From NCBI RefSeq assembly GCF_009914755.1, contig NC_060936.1: 64,000 nucleotides of DNA; one strand, given 5' to 3'. This document shows positions 47,867 through 63,848 of this stretch, piece by piece. Each line of letters opens with the position of its first letter. Positions within the stretch are counted from its first letter, which is position 1. This DNA comes from the human T2T-CHM13v2.0 reference genome, Homo sapiens. A program made the position numbers and the translations under genes. The notes beneath the pieces were generated by a model. The model was not told the origin of the DNA and ran no database searches. It saw only the letters and a program-made list of their open reading frames with translations.

Positions 47867-49566
47867 TAGATAAGGCTTACTGCTTATCCTGACCTCTCAC
47901 TCCACTAACCATTAGCACTAATCACTGGCCTGGCGAAGCTGAAACTCCCAAAAGAAATAAGCCTTAGAAACCTTAGGCAATTCAACCAAACTGACACAGC
48001 CAATAAGGAAAGGAGCTAGGGTCTGAACCAGGTCCTAAGACTGCAGCCAGGGATCTCAAACTTTCAGCCATACTACAGTAAATCTTTATTTTGCTGAAAC
48101 AGAAATCTGAGTCTCAGGTGATTTGGAAGGTAGCTTCCGAGAACAAACCACTTAGCTTGAAAGTCAGACTAACCAAGGAGTCATATCTCAATGGGCATTT
48201 GCTGTTCCTGGCTCATTATTGAGGTGTGCAGAATTCCCATGAGGTCATAAAGCTTTGTTTCCTTATGAGAAATGACCATACAATGAGAGATTAAATTTTA
48301 GTGAAAGTTAAAAATGCAGTTAGCTATGAGCCACAGAGCTACTTTAGGAAGTTGGTGAATCAAAACAGAATTAAGAAAGCATTCATAAAGATCTGGACAT
48401 TTCTATAAATGAAACCAAGAGTCTACATACAGAGTCACAGAATGATGGCCCACAAGCTACACCTGGTGATTTGGGGGAAAGGAGGAGAAAATTGTTAAAA
48501 AGAGTCTGAATGCTGTTCAATGGAACATGGACTCTCCAATATGTGTCAGTTACCAGCACTCATTGAAACTTTCACTCACTAACCTATTATATGGGATAAA
48601 TGAGTGCAATGAATTAAGTTTCTATATATATTCTTTTGTATTCCCTCTATAGAGACCTGCTAATTTAGCTCCCTTATTACTTAAACAACACATAATAGCC
48701 AGTTGAAATAATTTAACAAAATGCCTGTTTTTAATGAATCTATTAACTGATTCAAAGGTATGGCCCTGAAAGAATGTTATCTGAGGATCAGTGAACCACC
48801 TAGTCAGTTCAGGTTTAGTCTTATCTCATGAGATGTACCCAGCGTATGCCAGACACCCTGCTAAGAACTCCTCCATACATTTAAATTACACTACACTAAA
48901 CCCCAGTGCATTTTAGTAGTATTATTTCCATTTTACGGTCTGGGAAACTTTGGTTTAAAGAGGATTAGCTACTTATCCAATATCACATTATAGGAAATGG
49001 ACTGGGAATTCTGACTTACATTCAGTGGTCTTCACCATATTTTATGCTGTCTCCTATTTAGCCCTTGGAGATGATTTAGTTCTTGGAGATAAATTTCAGA
49101 AAAATAAGTAGCCTAGAAAAGTATCCATCTATTAAAAATTATTCCATTGTCCTCTCCTGTTCCTTGTCATGGCTATGATGGAATTGAGCATCAGTTGTTT
49201 GAAATATTCAATAACAATTCCTTGGATGGTAGTTCTAATTTTAGCTTTCTGTGGACCTGGTTTCTTCAGGCAATGAATAATTTGCATGGCAAGTTTTCTT
49301 CTGTGCAAGACATTAGAGTTGAAACCAAGGACACTTTGAATAGTTTCATAGGAAAAGTTGGTTTCAGAATTGCATTAAAACTTTCTAAAAATTCAACATT
49401 GATAGTACTATTGATTATGCACTTCATGTTTTTATACTTTTTAAGTATCTATTAAATTCTACTTCAACACAATGACCATTTATATTTCCATAATGATAGT
49501 AGTATGACAGTGAATTTTTATGCTCATTTGAAACTCTATTTTTATTCCTGGCAATAACCTTTGTCA

Positions 49567-49922
<356 letters not shown>

Positions 49923-51120
49923 GAGTGATGTGCATCAGCCAGGACCCAGGTTTTAATCTCATGTCATCAGACCATTTCATATACTAACCAACTTAGTAGA
50001 ATCAATGACTAACCCTTAGTTTACTTTCTGTAATTATTGAAAATTTTTTTTCCTATCTCACTGTCACTCATTTCAATGCTATTTCATCACAATTCTTGGT
50101 AAATTCTGTAGATCAGCGTCTGGCCAGGTAATAAATATTCTAGGCTTTGCTGGCACAAAAATAAGGATGTTATGAGAGTTACACAACAGCAGAAAACTGC
50201 CGCCCCACCCTACTCATCCCATTTGCCCAGAATGCCACCATTGTCAATTTCATCATCTGCCCCAGTGACCCAGATTCCAGAACACTCTTTCCTCCTAGAG
50301 AGCTCAGCCATCTCAGCTTGGGCAGCTGACCAAAGGACGTGAAGTGACTCACTGGATCACTGATTCCAGGGATGAGATTTCATAGCTTCATGCCCAGCAG
50401 TTGACAGAAGAGGAAGTTCTGATGGGCAGGTGATGACCAGCATGAGTCTTGGGGAGTGGTGAATTATGGCCACCAGCCAGGAGGCTGGCACTAAGAGTGG
50501 AAGTGGGCATGGGATTGGGAGATGCACTGGCTTGTCTCTGCTTCACAATGCTAGGCAGCTTTAGCAGGGCCAGGAGCCATGTAAAACCAGTCAGTGGGCC
50601 AGTTTGGGCTGTGGTTTGACATCCCTTGATGTAAATTATCATCTCAGTATCTCCATCTCTTAATCTGTAACCTCTTTTCTTCCAATGATCTTGTGCTCAC
50701 CCAACCTCAGATACTCATTACCATGATTATGTGTTAGCCCTACCAAAAACTGCAACCGCTCCCCATAAATCCAATTGTAAGTTTCCTCTATCTTACACCA
50801 TCTCCCATCTTTCCAGAGCATTCCCTTTAGTACTTCAACAATTCTTCAACCCACTGACTCTGACAATCCACTGACTCTACTTTGTTTTCCCTGTTTTCCA
50901 CCATCTACAGTTTTTCCATATCTGGCTTAAAATTCATAGAAATCACAATCATCACTCCCTTCTATACAACTCTAACTCTCTTGCCATTTTCTGACTTCAT
51001 TATCCCATCTGGCACAATCCCAGCACTGCCTAAATACAATTCTCTGCCTGCTCCATACTGTACCAACACAGCTGAACAGAACTGAAGAAAAACACAACCA
51101 TACTGGCTGGCTTCACTTTA

Positions 51121-51466
<346 letters not shown>

Positions 51467-52507
51467 TAAATTCATATCCCCTACCCACTAGTGGCCATAG
51501 TGCTGCCTGGTCACCCCACATTTGCTCATTCTCCTAGATTAACATTATATGTTGCCTCTTCTCCCCTACAAGATCTAATATCTTCTTGTTCTTAGCTGAT
51601 GAACATGCTACCTATTTCACTGAATAAAGAAATCAGAAGATATAATTCCCACAAGCTCACACCACTATATCTACCCACCCACTCACATCTGAGCCCAGAG
51701 AGTTTCCCTTCACTCCTGGGCATGCTCTGTCCATGTTCCTCCCTAAAGCCAACTTGGGCATTAAATCTCTTCCACACTGCTTATTCAAGAGCATTGTTGC
51801 TGAAATTCTTCTCTCTCTCTGCTGCCTCATCAACTTTTTCTCTTTACTGGGTCAAATGTACAAATGTACAAGAATGCTGTAATTTCTGTTAGTTCTAAAA
51901 TATCTCTTAATACCACATGCACTTAAACTACTTCCTCATTTCTCCATTCCTTATTGATTAATATAGATACTTATGGACACTTACTGGTTCCCATTTTCTC
52001 CCTTCCTATTCTGCCTTCTATCTATTTAAATCAGGCTTTGCTCCCTACACTCCACCAATACTGCTTTAGTCAAGGTCACTTGCTTCCAGTTATTGAAGCC
52101 AATAAACTACTCATTTTAGTTTCTCATCTTAGTTAAACTTTCAGTAGCATTTGACACTGTTGATCATTTTGTCGTTCTTGAAACTTTCTGCACTTATCTT
52201 CCAAGAGGCCACACCCTTATAGTTTCCTCCCACCTCACTGATGTCTCTTTCTTAGACTTCAAAGGTTCCTCATCTCCCCACCCTCTAAACCCTTCAGTGC
52301 CCAAGAGTCCTTACACTACTTCTCCATCTATATTCATTCTTTTGGGGACCTCATCCAGGCTTATGACTTTAAACAGTATCTCCACAACAACATTTAATTT
52401 CTATCTCTAGTCTAGATTCTTTCTTTGACTGCAGACTCATAGTACCAATTTTCTATTCAGTGTCTATTCTTGGGTTTCTAAAAAGTATTTCAAACTTCAC
52501 ATGTTCA

Positions 52508-53912
52508 GGAGAATTTTATTTCTGATAATAAGATTACCTGGGTATCTGAAGCAATCTTTTGCTGAAAAATAAAATTCCTGGATTAATTTTTTCTTAAAAA
52601 TATAAATAATCAGGTAATAAAGTAACTCCTAGGACTTAAAGGAAGCAGGGATTTTGAATGATTAAGAGTATTGAAGCTTACTTTCACACCCAGTTACATT
52701 GCCCCATAGAATAACTATGAGGTTCAATTTCTATGGTTCATATGGTACATGGAAAAGTTGGGGAAAAAAACCCAGCCTGCCAAAGATCAGAAATCTAATA
52801 GGCAATGCTCTCCTTGTAAAACTGGGACCCCAAAATGGCTACACCATTTATAAGTGACCTAGAAATAAAACCCCTCTCAGCCACTAGACAACTAGTATTG
52901 AATGGAGAAGGGAAAATAATCTCCTAAAAATTTATAACAACAAATCAGTTCTTTTGTGATTTTCAGCCTGAATATGTAGTGCCTGTATGGGCTGAGAATT
53001 TAATTTAGATGATTGTAGATTTACTGGTAGTACCTTTAGGCATCTAGTAGAGGCAAATGCAAATCTTCTCAGGAGGAACCCGCATTTATCCTAGGTTTTA
53101 AAGAATTCCCACAAATAAAACTACAAGGTAAATGAAAATATCACAGAACCAAACAAAAAACAAAACAAAACAACAAAAACCTCTAAATGTGTAAAGAAAC
53201 AAGTTACCAGGGACAAGAATCAGCAGAAACAACAGTCACTAGAAATTTTATTTCCATTCAGAAAATGGAATTTATTCAACAAACTATAAACTGACTGTGT
53301 TAGCTACTTTTAAATAACATTTTTTAAAGATAACCTTGAAAATACATTCCAGGAACAAGAAACTATGAAGAATATAGAAGACGTTTTAAAAAGAGCCAAA
53401 TAAGACTAGAAATAAAAATATTGAAGTTGAAAATGTAATGGATTTATTTATGAGAAGATTAGACAGAGTGTTTCGAAGAGAATCTAAATAAACTGAAAGA
53501 TACATTTAAATAAATTATGAAAAATACAACACAAAAGACAAGAAGGAAAATACAACAAGATATTAACATATATGAAGAATTGAGTAAAATGGTGTAACAT
53601 TTATTCAATCAAAGTAATAAAAGACGAAAAGAAAGAGAATGGAGAAAACATAGGTGATATTTAAAGAATAACAGCTCTCTTCCAGAACTTATGAAGGATT
53701 CCAATTCAGAGTCCAATGAATTCCAAGCAGGATAAATGAAAATAATTTCACACTGGATCATATTACATGCAATACACCCAAGACAGATCTTAAAGGCAGA
53801 GAGACAAGACAGATTCCCTTAAAAGGGGTGATAGCTGGTTTTATAACTGAGTTCTCAATTACAGCACGAGAAGTGAGAAGACAAAAGAATGATATCCTCA
53901 GTATACTGAAAT
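52508..53912 (+). mobile_element. Old L1M/HAL1-type 5'UTR + ORF1 fragment
   Basis: A-rich degenerate ORF1 (agaagattagac, gaaagagaatggagaa, ttccagaacttatgaag, gagttctcaa...gagaagaca...gaatgatatc). Confidence 0.65.
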
Positions 53913-54709
53913 AAACTTACAATGTCTAAAGCTGAACTCCTGATCTTGCCCCTTCCACAAATCTGATGCCAAATCCACATTTACCACCATGCTCTAAGTC
54001 AATAGATAGAAGACTATAATCACCATGATCTAACTGGTGTCACTGCTTCGACCCTTGCTTACCCACAGCTATTCTCAACACAGCATTGGAGTGAATCTTT
54101 AAAATATGCAAATTATAATATCTTGGCACAAAACGTATCTCTCTCAAAGCAAAGGCTAATGTCCTCCTAATCACCTAAGTGCTATGATCTGTGATTTCCC
54201 TGTCAGCATCGGACCTCAAACTCTACTTCTGCCCCACTGGCTTCTTTGCCATTCAGCAAACCATCCAGGCATGCCCCCATTTGATTCTATGCAGCTATGG
54301 TGCCTCTCCCTGTAATGCTCTTTCCCCTCCATCTACATGGCTCACTCTCTCACCTCTTTCAAGCTTCAAATCTTTGCTCAAATATTACCTTCTCACTGGA
54401 GACTTATTTAACTATTTAAAATTACACTCTCCTCCCCTTTTAGACATTCTCTATTCTCTTTACATCCTTATTTTGTAAGTAGCAGAATTGCCATCTCATA
54501 GACTTTTCATTTTACTTTAAAAAAATTATTTGTCTCCACCATTACCACCACTATCCTGCAACCCAAATAAAACCTCCATAAAGTACAAGAATTTTTATCT
54601 GTTTTGTTCACTGCTATATTCTCAACACTGAGAACAGTAACCAGAACATGGTAAGTGCTTAATGAATATTTTATCTGAATAAGTGAATGGATCACTCCAT
54701 TTGTCTTTT

Positions 54710-57560
54710 TTCTTATTTTTTATAGAATCTTGTATTTGCAAACAAATCTCAAGTACACAGCTTGATGAGGTTTTAGACAAATATATGTCCATGTAACCAC
54801 CACCCTGATAAAAATATAGAACATTTTCATTAATACAGAAAATTTCCCTATGCTCTTTTGTAGTCAGTACCTTGCCCAGAGGTATTCTGTCACCACAGAT
54901 TAGTTTTACTTGTTCTTAAACTTCATATATATGGCATCGTACAACATATACCTCATGTCTTTCATTCAGCATAATGTTTTTCTTTTATTAAATTGACATA
55001 TAATTCACATACCATAACATTCGCCTTTTTAAAATAGACAGTTCAGTAGGTTTTAGTGTGTTCACCAAGTTGTGCAACCTTTTGTGCCTAATTTCATTTG
55101 CTGAGCACAATGTATTCAAGTCTCATACACGTTTTAGCGTGTTTCAGTACTTCATTTCTTTTACTAGCTGAATGAGTACACCGCATTTGTTTATACACTC
55201 ATCAGTTGGTAGGCATTTGGATTTTTCCACTTCTGACTATTATGAATAATGTTGCTATGATATGTGTACAAGTTTTTGAGTGACCATATTTTTTTTCTCT
55301 CAGGTATAAACCTAAAAGAGAAATTACTGGGGTTTAGAGTAATCCTATCTTTAACATTTTGAGAAATTGCCAAACTGTTTTCCAAAGTGGCTGTATCATT
55401 TTACATTCCCACTAGGAATGTCTGAAGATTCCAGTTTCTCCATATGTTTGCCAAAATTTATGTCTGTCTTTTTTATTGTTGTCCTCCTAGTGGGTATGAA
55501 GTGGCATCTCATTTGATTTGCATTTCCCTAATGACTAATGATGTTGATTTCATGTGTTTATTGAACATTTTTATATCTTCTCTGGAGAAATGTCTTCTCA
55601 AATCCTTCACCTATTTTTAAAATTGGGTCATTTGCTTATTGTTGCTGAGTTATATAAGAGTTATTTATAGATTATGGATAGTAGTTCATTATCAAATATA
55701 TTATTTGCTAATATTTTCTCCCATTCTGTAGATGTCTTTTCTTGATAGCATCTTTTGAAGCACAAATACTTTTTGTTTTAATGAAGTCACATTTATTTAT
55801 TTTTCTTTCTTTGCTTGTGCCTTTTTTGTTATATTTTAAAAATGAGCCAGGTGCTGTGACTCATGCCTATAATCCCAATCATTTGGGAGGCTGAGGCAGG
55901 AGGATTGCTTGAGGCCAGGAGTTCAAGACCAGCTTGGGCAACATAGCAGGACCCCATCTCTATAAAATATTTTTTAAAAATTAGCTGAGTGTGATACCCC
56001 TTGCCTGTCATCCCAACTACTCAGCAGGCTGAGGCAAGAGGATCGCTTGAGCCCAGCAGTTCAAGACTGCAGCGAGCTGCAGTTATGCCACTGCACTCCG
56101 CCCTGGGCGAGAGTGAGACTTCATCTCTTTAAAAAGTAAAAAATAAACAGATTAACATTAAAAAATTGAAAACCATTGTCTCATTCATGGCCATGAAGAT
56201 TTACATCTATGTTTTCTTCTGAGTTTTGTAGTTTTGGCACTTACATTTAAGTACTTGATATGTTTTGAGTTAATTTTTGTATACAGTATAAGGTCAGAGT
56301 TCAACTTTATTATTGTGAATAAAGCTGCAACAAAAGTTCTTAAACAGGTCTTTTCTAGATATATGTGCTAATTTCTCTTACTATATATCTAGGAGTGAAA
56401 TTGCTGGGTTATAAGTAGGTATATGTTTAACCTTAGTAGAAACTGCCAAACAATTTTCCCTAATGATTAATGATGTTGAGTGCATTTTTACATGTTTAAA
56501 GGGCATTTTGATAACTTCTTTTATCAAATGATAAAAGTCATTGCCCATTTTTATTCGATCTTTTGATTTTTGATTTGTAGGAGTTCTTTATTCTGAATAC
56601 CAGATCTTTGTCAGATAAATGCATTGTGAACATTTTATCTCAGTCTGTGGCAAGCCTTTTTATGTTTTTAATGGTATGTTTTTTGAGCTGAAGTTTTTTT
56701 TTAATTTGATAAAGTCCATTTTTTCTTTATTGTTAATGCTGTTTGTGTCCTGTTTAAGAAATATTTTCCTACATTCAGGTCATGAAAATATTCTTTTCCA
56801 TGTCATTCTAAATGCTTTATGCACTTTGCTTTCATATTTAGATTCATGATCCATTTCTAATTAATTTTTGTATGTGGTACTTCATAAGATTTACTTTTTC
56901 CATTGAAATATTCAGTAATCTCAACACCATTTATTGAAATGGTTCTATTTTCCTATTGAAATGCATTACAGTTTTTGTCAAAAAAATTTATTGGTTGTCA
57001 AGAGTTTCTATTTCTAGACTTTCTTCAGTTCTGTTGCCCTCTTTGTCTAGCTTTACACCAATACCACACTGCCTTAATTACTGTAACTTTATTATAAGTC
57101 TTGATTCTGTAGTATAAGCAGTCTAACTTTGTTCTTGGCTATCTTAGGTTCTTTGCATTTCCATATAAATTTTAGGATCAGCTTGTCAATTTCCACACAC
57201 ACAAAAAAAAACCTGCTGAGTTTTAATTGAGAATCAATGGAATCTAAAGATTGATTTTAGGATAGCTGATATTTTAACAATATTATCCATAATGATCTAT
57301 TTATTTAACACAGCTTTCATTTCTGTCAGCTATGTGGTAGTTTTCAAGTTTCTATTGCAGAAGTTTTGCACTTTTCTTGGTAAAAGTATTCTTATGTATT
57401 TGATGCTTTCAAAAACTAATGTAAATGATCACTTTTAGGCTTATTTTTAATGCGTTTATTGCCCTAAGATAAAAATGTAATGGATTTTTTTATGTTAATC
57501 TTTTATCTAGTAACTTTGCTAAATTGAGTAGTTTTAGTAATTTGTTTGAACATCACTTTG
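54710..57560 (-). mobile_element. Nested old L1M 3'-end fragments
   Basis: Antisense L1 3' motifs (tttattaaattgacatataattcacatacc, gccaaactgttttccaaagtggctg, gcatttccctaatgactaatgatgttg). Confidence 0.82.
55845..56145 (+). mobile_element. AluJ
   Basis: ggaggattgcttgaggccaggagttcaagaccagcttgggcaacatag. Confidence 0.92.
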
Positions 57561-57699
57561 GGTTCTCGGATTACATTTTCTTTTAACTTTACCAGTAGTA
57601 GTCCTACTGATTTGACATTATGTCTATAAGTCAATCTCTACCTCTTACTTTTAATTTGCTGGGAGGAATCGGAATAAGGTGAGAAAGTAATCTAAATGA

Positions 57700-58069
<370 letters not shown>

Positions 58070-59982
58070 TATCTTTCTTATTTTTCATTATGAATATACT
58101 TCCAGGCTGGAAAATCTCTGGCATTTTCTAGAGGAAAGCAAGAATTTCCCAGTGGCATCTCTGGAAATTATTCCAAAATTCTCTTTTACCTATCTGTTCC
58201 CTTGATTGTCTATTATGCTTGACTTCTGAGGACTAGCAGATTATACCATGTTTTCAAACTTTTCTATCACTTCCAAAATTGGGAATTTCCTTGATGGCAA
58301 CAGGGATACAATAAAAGGCTAAATCTATAAAATGATTTGAAGGTCTTATTGAAAGATAACATAAAGAAGTTAAAATAGCCCAGGTTTGGCAAGAACTTAG
58401 ATTCAAATCTCCCCTCTTCCACTTGCTACATGAATAACTTTGAATACATTACTTTTGTAAATTTTATTTTCTGCAACTCAACAATGGAGATATTAGTTGT
58501 CTTCACTCAGGGATACTGTGAGGGCTCAATAAGATGACACCCCAAAAGCACCTGGCCCTGATTCAGGTGTGCCATAGAGAATCACTACTAGTTCCTCCAG
58601 CCCTGTTTGGAGACATACCACACAAACATTTCCTATGAAAACTTGGAATGTGAGTCACTGGAAATTAATCTGGTATTTTATTTTATTTCTATTTTTAAAC
58701 TGCAACCACATCGCAAAATATTATTTTATTTCAGAAGAATTTAAAATGTGAAGAATTTGCTATCATCTCATATAATAGTGGTGATGAGGGGGCCACTACA
58801 GGTTCACATCATTCCAGTTCTGTCAGACCCTGATGCTTCGTTCCTTTCCTAAATATCCCTTTCCCATTCCTTTTAGCAGCTTTCAAATCTTCTCCATTCT
58901 TTTCAAGGCCTCAAGGATTTCTCTGTTCCATAACTATCAACCAAAGATTTTTTAAAAATAAAAACTATCAGCCATAAAACTACCTAGACCCCTCCCCACC
59001 TCTTTATCTCTCTGGCTCTTCACTTCTTATTTATTTGCCTTTTCATTTCAAAGGTATTTTCCCCATTCTTTCTACAGAAAATCCCTTTAGTTACCTGCTT
59101 TACCTCATACTCTTCAATCTCCCCACAACCTCACTCAATTATGCCTTCCCTCTGTATTTCTTTACACCCTTGATTCCTCAATCTAAACAACCTCCTCCCC
59201 CTGGTTGTCAAATAGGCTGAGAGTTTGGGTCTAGCCTCTCTTCTCATCCTGTGCTAGGTCTCTGAAATTCTCTTGTACTCTAACCACTCTTGTTTGCTAG
59301 TGACTCAAATTCTCAGCTCTGGCTCTGACTTCATGCATGACTCAAGACCAGTGTCTCCTACTGCTGCCTGGTTGATGTTCTCACTGGGATATTCTCATAA
59401 TTCAAATTTAGTGAGGTCAGAATGGAAATGTTATAATGTTATAAACTCTTCTATGTACCCACCCTCCTTTGCACTTCACCCTGAGGAATGCCAGGCCCTC
59501 TGTGTTAGGCTAGCAGGGAAAGGGAGGAATTGGAACCAGCAGTCCAGAGCTACAGAAAAAAAAAAAAAAAAAAACCTCAATGATCAAGCCTATTCAAATT
59601 AATAAGGCAAATTGCCACAGGAATGACATATACAAGAGAAACTAACATAGTGGAAGCAGAGGTCAGGAGGCTAGAACAATGTGGAAGTTAGGCAGATGGG
59701 AGTGCATGAGTCACCCCCTGGTTAGGAATATGGTTCCATTTAATGGTTGAGGTTGCAAAAGGAGAGCTTCCAGGAATACAGAGCTGACAAATGCTTGTCA
59801 CAGTTTCCAGGCCCAGCTCAATGAAAGGGGTGGAAAAAAACGTAGTTTTCCTTGCCTCAATGATGGAATTTAGTACACGTTGATAGAATTTAGTGCAAGG
59901 CTAGGGTTAAGTAACAATAGGACAAATACAGAAGGTATGAGGTGAAGCTTCCTTAGATGCCAGCTTTATGAAGATCAGATTA

Positions 59983-60384
<402 letters not shown>

Positions 60385-60585
60385 TCATACTACACAGTCA
60401 TTTTTCTTATAAGCAGTATGGGGAGAACTATAAAACAGTTAACAGACAATTACAATATGGGGAGTGGGGTATGACACCCAGATGGGGAAGCACAGTGGGT
60501 CGAGGGGACAGTTAACCCAAAGTTACAATAAAATATTTTATATAGGAAAAGCTTTTAGGAATCTAGGAGAAGTTGGTGAGCATTT

Positions 60586-61159
60586 GTCATGCTATCTGGT
60601 GGTCCAGCATGTTTGAGCCCTGTTTGAATCCAGGGGAAATGTCAAGACTTATACATTCTACCTCCCCAGTTTAGAGCCCAGAAAACTTGCCACCCCAGCC
60701 TCCTTTACAACTGAGGCACAGGTGCATTCCCTAAATTACACCATTCAGACTCAACTATGAGAGACTTTGATTTAGAATTAAGAGAGTCAAATACAAAGGC
60801 CCCACATGGAAGTTTGGCCTTCAAGGCACCCAGCTTCTATGTCTATGTCTACACTAGTGGGAAAGCCAGGTTCTTGGCTAAGGCTTCCCATTGATGCTGA
60901 TAGCAGTGGAAATTCCAGTCAAGTCAGGTTCCTGGCTGTGGTTCACATCTAGCACCCAAGGCTAGGTGACATTAGTGGTGACAGTTTCCTCATTAGGTGA
61001 GTCCTGCGGTATGGCTTGGGGGGCTGTCCATGTAAGTGAGGCTTGAGCTTAATTAGCCAGCATGCTCCGAAATTTGATGAGCCATGTAAGATCCTTTTCT
61101 GCTTACTAAGCCAGGTTTAGTTTCTAACAGCTGAAACTAAAAAAATCTCAACAGACACA
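60586..61159 (+). mobile_element. ERVL-class solo LTR (LTR33-like)
   Basis: TG...CA ends; cccagcctcctttacaactgaggcacag, gagactttgatt, atccttttctgctta motifs. Confidence 0.6.
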
Positions 61160-62835
61160 AAAGGCTTTCTGTAGGAAGTGATGTCTAAACTGAGATGTAA
61201 AAGAGAAATAGAGTTTAGCTAGGGAAAGGGCAAAGGGAAAGTGTTTGGAGCAGAAGAAATAATAGGAGCCAGTGGGATGGTAAGGAGAACATCATGTATT
61301 TCAGGGACCGAATCTGACAGATCGCTTTAAGAAGCCCTTCAGCAAAACTGAATCAGCAAATGAGCAGGATTGAGATTGTGGTTGGAGATCTCAGTGCCAA
61401 AACTAAGAGACTGGGACAGGCTTATGCCAACTTCATTATTCTCCTAGTCCTCTTTGCTGCCTCCAGGAATGATGTTTTCCCAAAACCCTTTAGACGAGGT
61501 TGAGTCTTATCACCTTCATCTCCGAATGAGTCACTGGCAAAGAGAACATGGAGAACGAGTTGTCAATCAGGAAATACTTTCCATCAGGGACCAGAAAATG
61601 ACCTGTGGGAGGTTCATGCAACAGAGGTGTCCAGTGGATAGACCTTCAACACAGCATGAAAGTGTAAGAAAAACCTTTAATCATGTCATTAGCTCAATTT
61701 CTCTGTCTCCATGCTTTTACCCGGCTATCCTAGGTCATATTCCATCCACCCCATCCACCACACCTAAAGACCCACCATTCATTCCGGAAATAGTGAGCAC
61801 CAGCCACCCAAGTGTCAACTTGTGAGACAGATATAAAAGATTGTATTATAAATTCATCAACACTGGCCTCAATGGACCGATGACTATTTGGTACTTGAAG
61901 ACCTTAGAGCAGCATGCTCCCAGGATATTAATATATATTGTTATAAAAGTGGTTCTAAAATCAAATAAAATTGAGAAACGCTTATTAAAGCATAGCTTAT
62001 GTGTTGAGGGACTTCTCTGAATTTTTAGTGTTCACTGAAACCTCCAAGATGAGGAGAAAGTGTGCAGCGTGTTCCAAATGTATTTAACGACTAGCGTGCA
62101 GGGTTAGTGTTGAGGCAGGTGACTCCCAAAACCCATCTCAGGTCATTCTTTCTCCTTGACATGACCCTGAGTCATGTTAAACTGAGTCTCAGGTCAGTAC
62201 GTACCAGACAAAGAAAGAAACTAATGACAGAAACATAACTCAGGACATGTCACTAGTCCAATGACTTCCGATTTCACTGAGATGTTGTTTTCTGTTTTAT
62301 GAGAAAGACCTAGCTCCACATATCTAATATTTTCCTTTTTCGCCAGGGCCTTTTACTTCCTTTGTTTTTATTACTAACTTCTTCCCTGTGGTGTTGGTCT
62401 TCATCTGTCTTGTGGAGAAAGCTTCTTCATTAAATTCACCAGGGAAGTCTATATTTCCCCGGATCCCATCAGATTTTCACATTCTAACTCTAGGTCTGAC
62501 ACATTTCTCAGTAAAGATACATACATCTAATATAAACAAAACCAATACTTTGAGGGGCGTAGGGAAAGTTTCTTAATGAGATAATCTGTTCTTAAAAAGG
62601 CAGAGGATACACATCAAAAATAAAAGCTCAGGAACCAAAGATCAGTTATAAATCAGCATGGAGTAAGCAGCAGAGAGAGAAATCCCAGCCCCTCAAAATG
62701 CTATGACTCTGCAGCGTGGTTGGAGAATCTACTTCCTGATTTGTTGTCTCAACATAGGGAAATGAATTAGATTTACCTTGTCATCTGAGACTAGCACACA
62801 CCAAACAAACAGAGCCTTCCATATTTGCCTGTAAC

Positions 62836-63001
62836 AGCTGTTCTCAAACTTTTACCAGCATCGTAACCACCCCAAAAGCTTGGTAAAACTGATTACTGGG
62901 TCCCACCTCAAGAGTTTCAGATTCTGTAATGCAGGCATTTCTATCAAGAGCCCAGGTGATGCTAACAGTGTTGTTCTGGGAACCACACTTGGAGAATCAG
63001 G
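62836..63001. mobile_element. MER5A hAT MITE
   Basis: cagctgttctcaaacttt...cccaggtgatgct...gggaaccacacttggagaatc. Confidence 0.8.
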
Positions 63002-63640
63002 CCTAGACAATAGCAAACTAGACCCTGGGGGCAATCTCATAGTGGCAGGCACTTTTTCTTTTTCTTCTTAAGAACATGTGAAAGGCCTTATAGCAAAATG
63101 CTAGACAGCAGACATTTATATGTTCAGAGAGATATTACTGGGCTCAATAAGAAATACTCCACTGTCTGAGGTCCTGAAACAATTTACTTACCCTATCTAA
63201 ACTTCAAGCACCCTATCTACAAAATTAGATCAGAACATAACCTGTTGTGAGGATTAAGTAGGGCAACACCTATGAAGCTCTCAACAGAGATCTTGGCATT
63301 CAATAAAGGGTGATCACAGTGAGTGTTGTTTTGTCAGTTTTCAAAAAAATCCTGGTGATATCCTAAACTTCAAGTTCTGCACAAAGAGAGCCTGGGTGTT
63401 TTGAATAGCATTTATCAAAAATCCAATGGGCAAAATGTATTAAATCTCCAGCCTTCCAGGACACGAACCAAGAATTATTATAGAATTCATCTCAAAATCA
63501 CTGAAATTTTTTGTTGTTGTTGTTTTGTTTTGTTTTTTTAAACAAGGCTCCTTTTTGATAGTGGAATGTTTTCTCCAATAGCTTTTGCCTTTAGATGGTT
63601 CCCATCAGCAGCAGCAGGAGTTAGAATTTGGAGCCTGCAG

Positions 63641-63642
<2 letters not shown>

Positions 63643-63671
<29 letters not shown>
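63643..63671. repeat. A29 homopolymer
   Basis: Direct count; not attached to an Alu or L1 body. Confidence 0.95.
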
Positions 63672-63704
63672 GCAGAAATGCAGAAGTGTTTCTTTACTCA
63701 TTAC

Positions 63705-63848
63705 TAATTGAGCTTCCTTAATCTGAAAATTCGAAATCTGAAATGCACCAATGAGCATTTTCTTTGAGTCTTGGGTCAGTGCTCTAAAAGCTTCAGATTT
63801 TCAAGCATTTCAGATTTTTGGTTTTTAGATTTGGGATACTTGAACTAT
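63705..63848. mobile_element. Tigger4a/MER46-type MITE (short)
   Basis: ttgagcttccttaatctgaaaattcgaaatctgaaatgc...tttagatttgggatacttgaac. Confidence 0.8.

Noticed and set aside
61454-61825. 123-aa ORF in unique sequence
   Set aside because: Non-ATG start, no recognisable domain or exon structure; length compatible with chance
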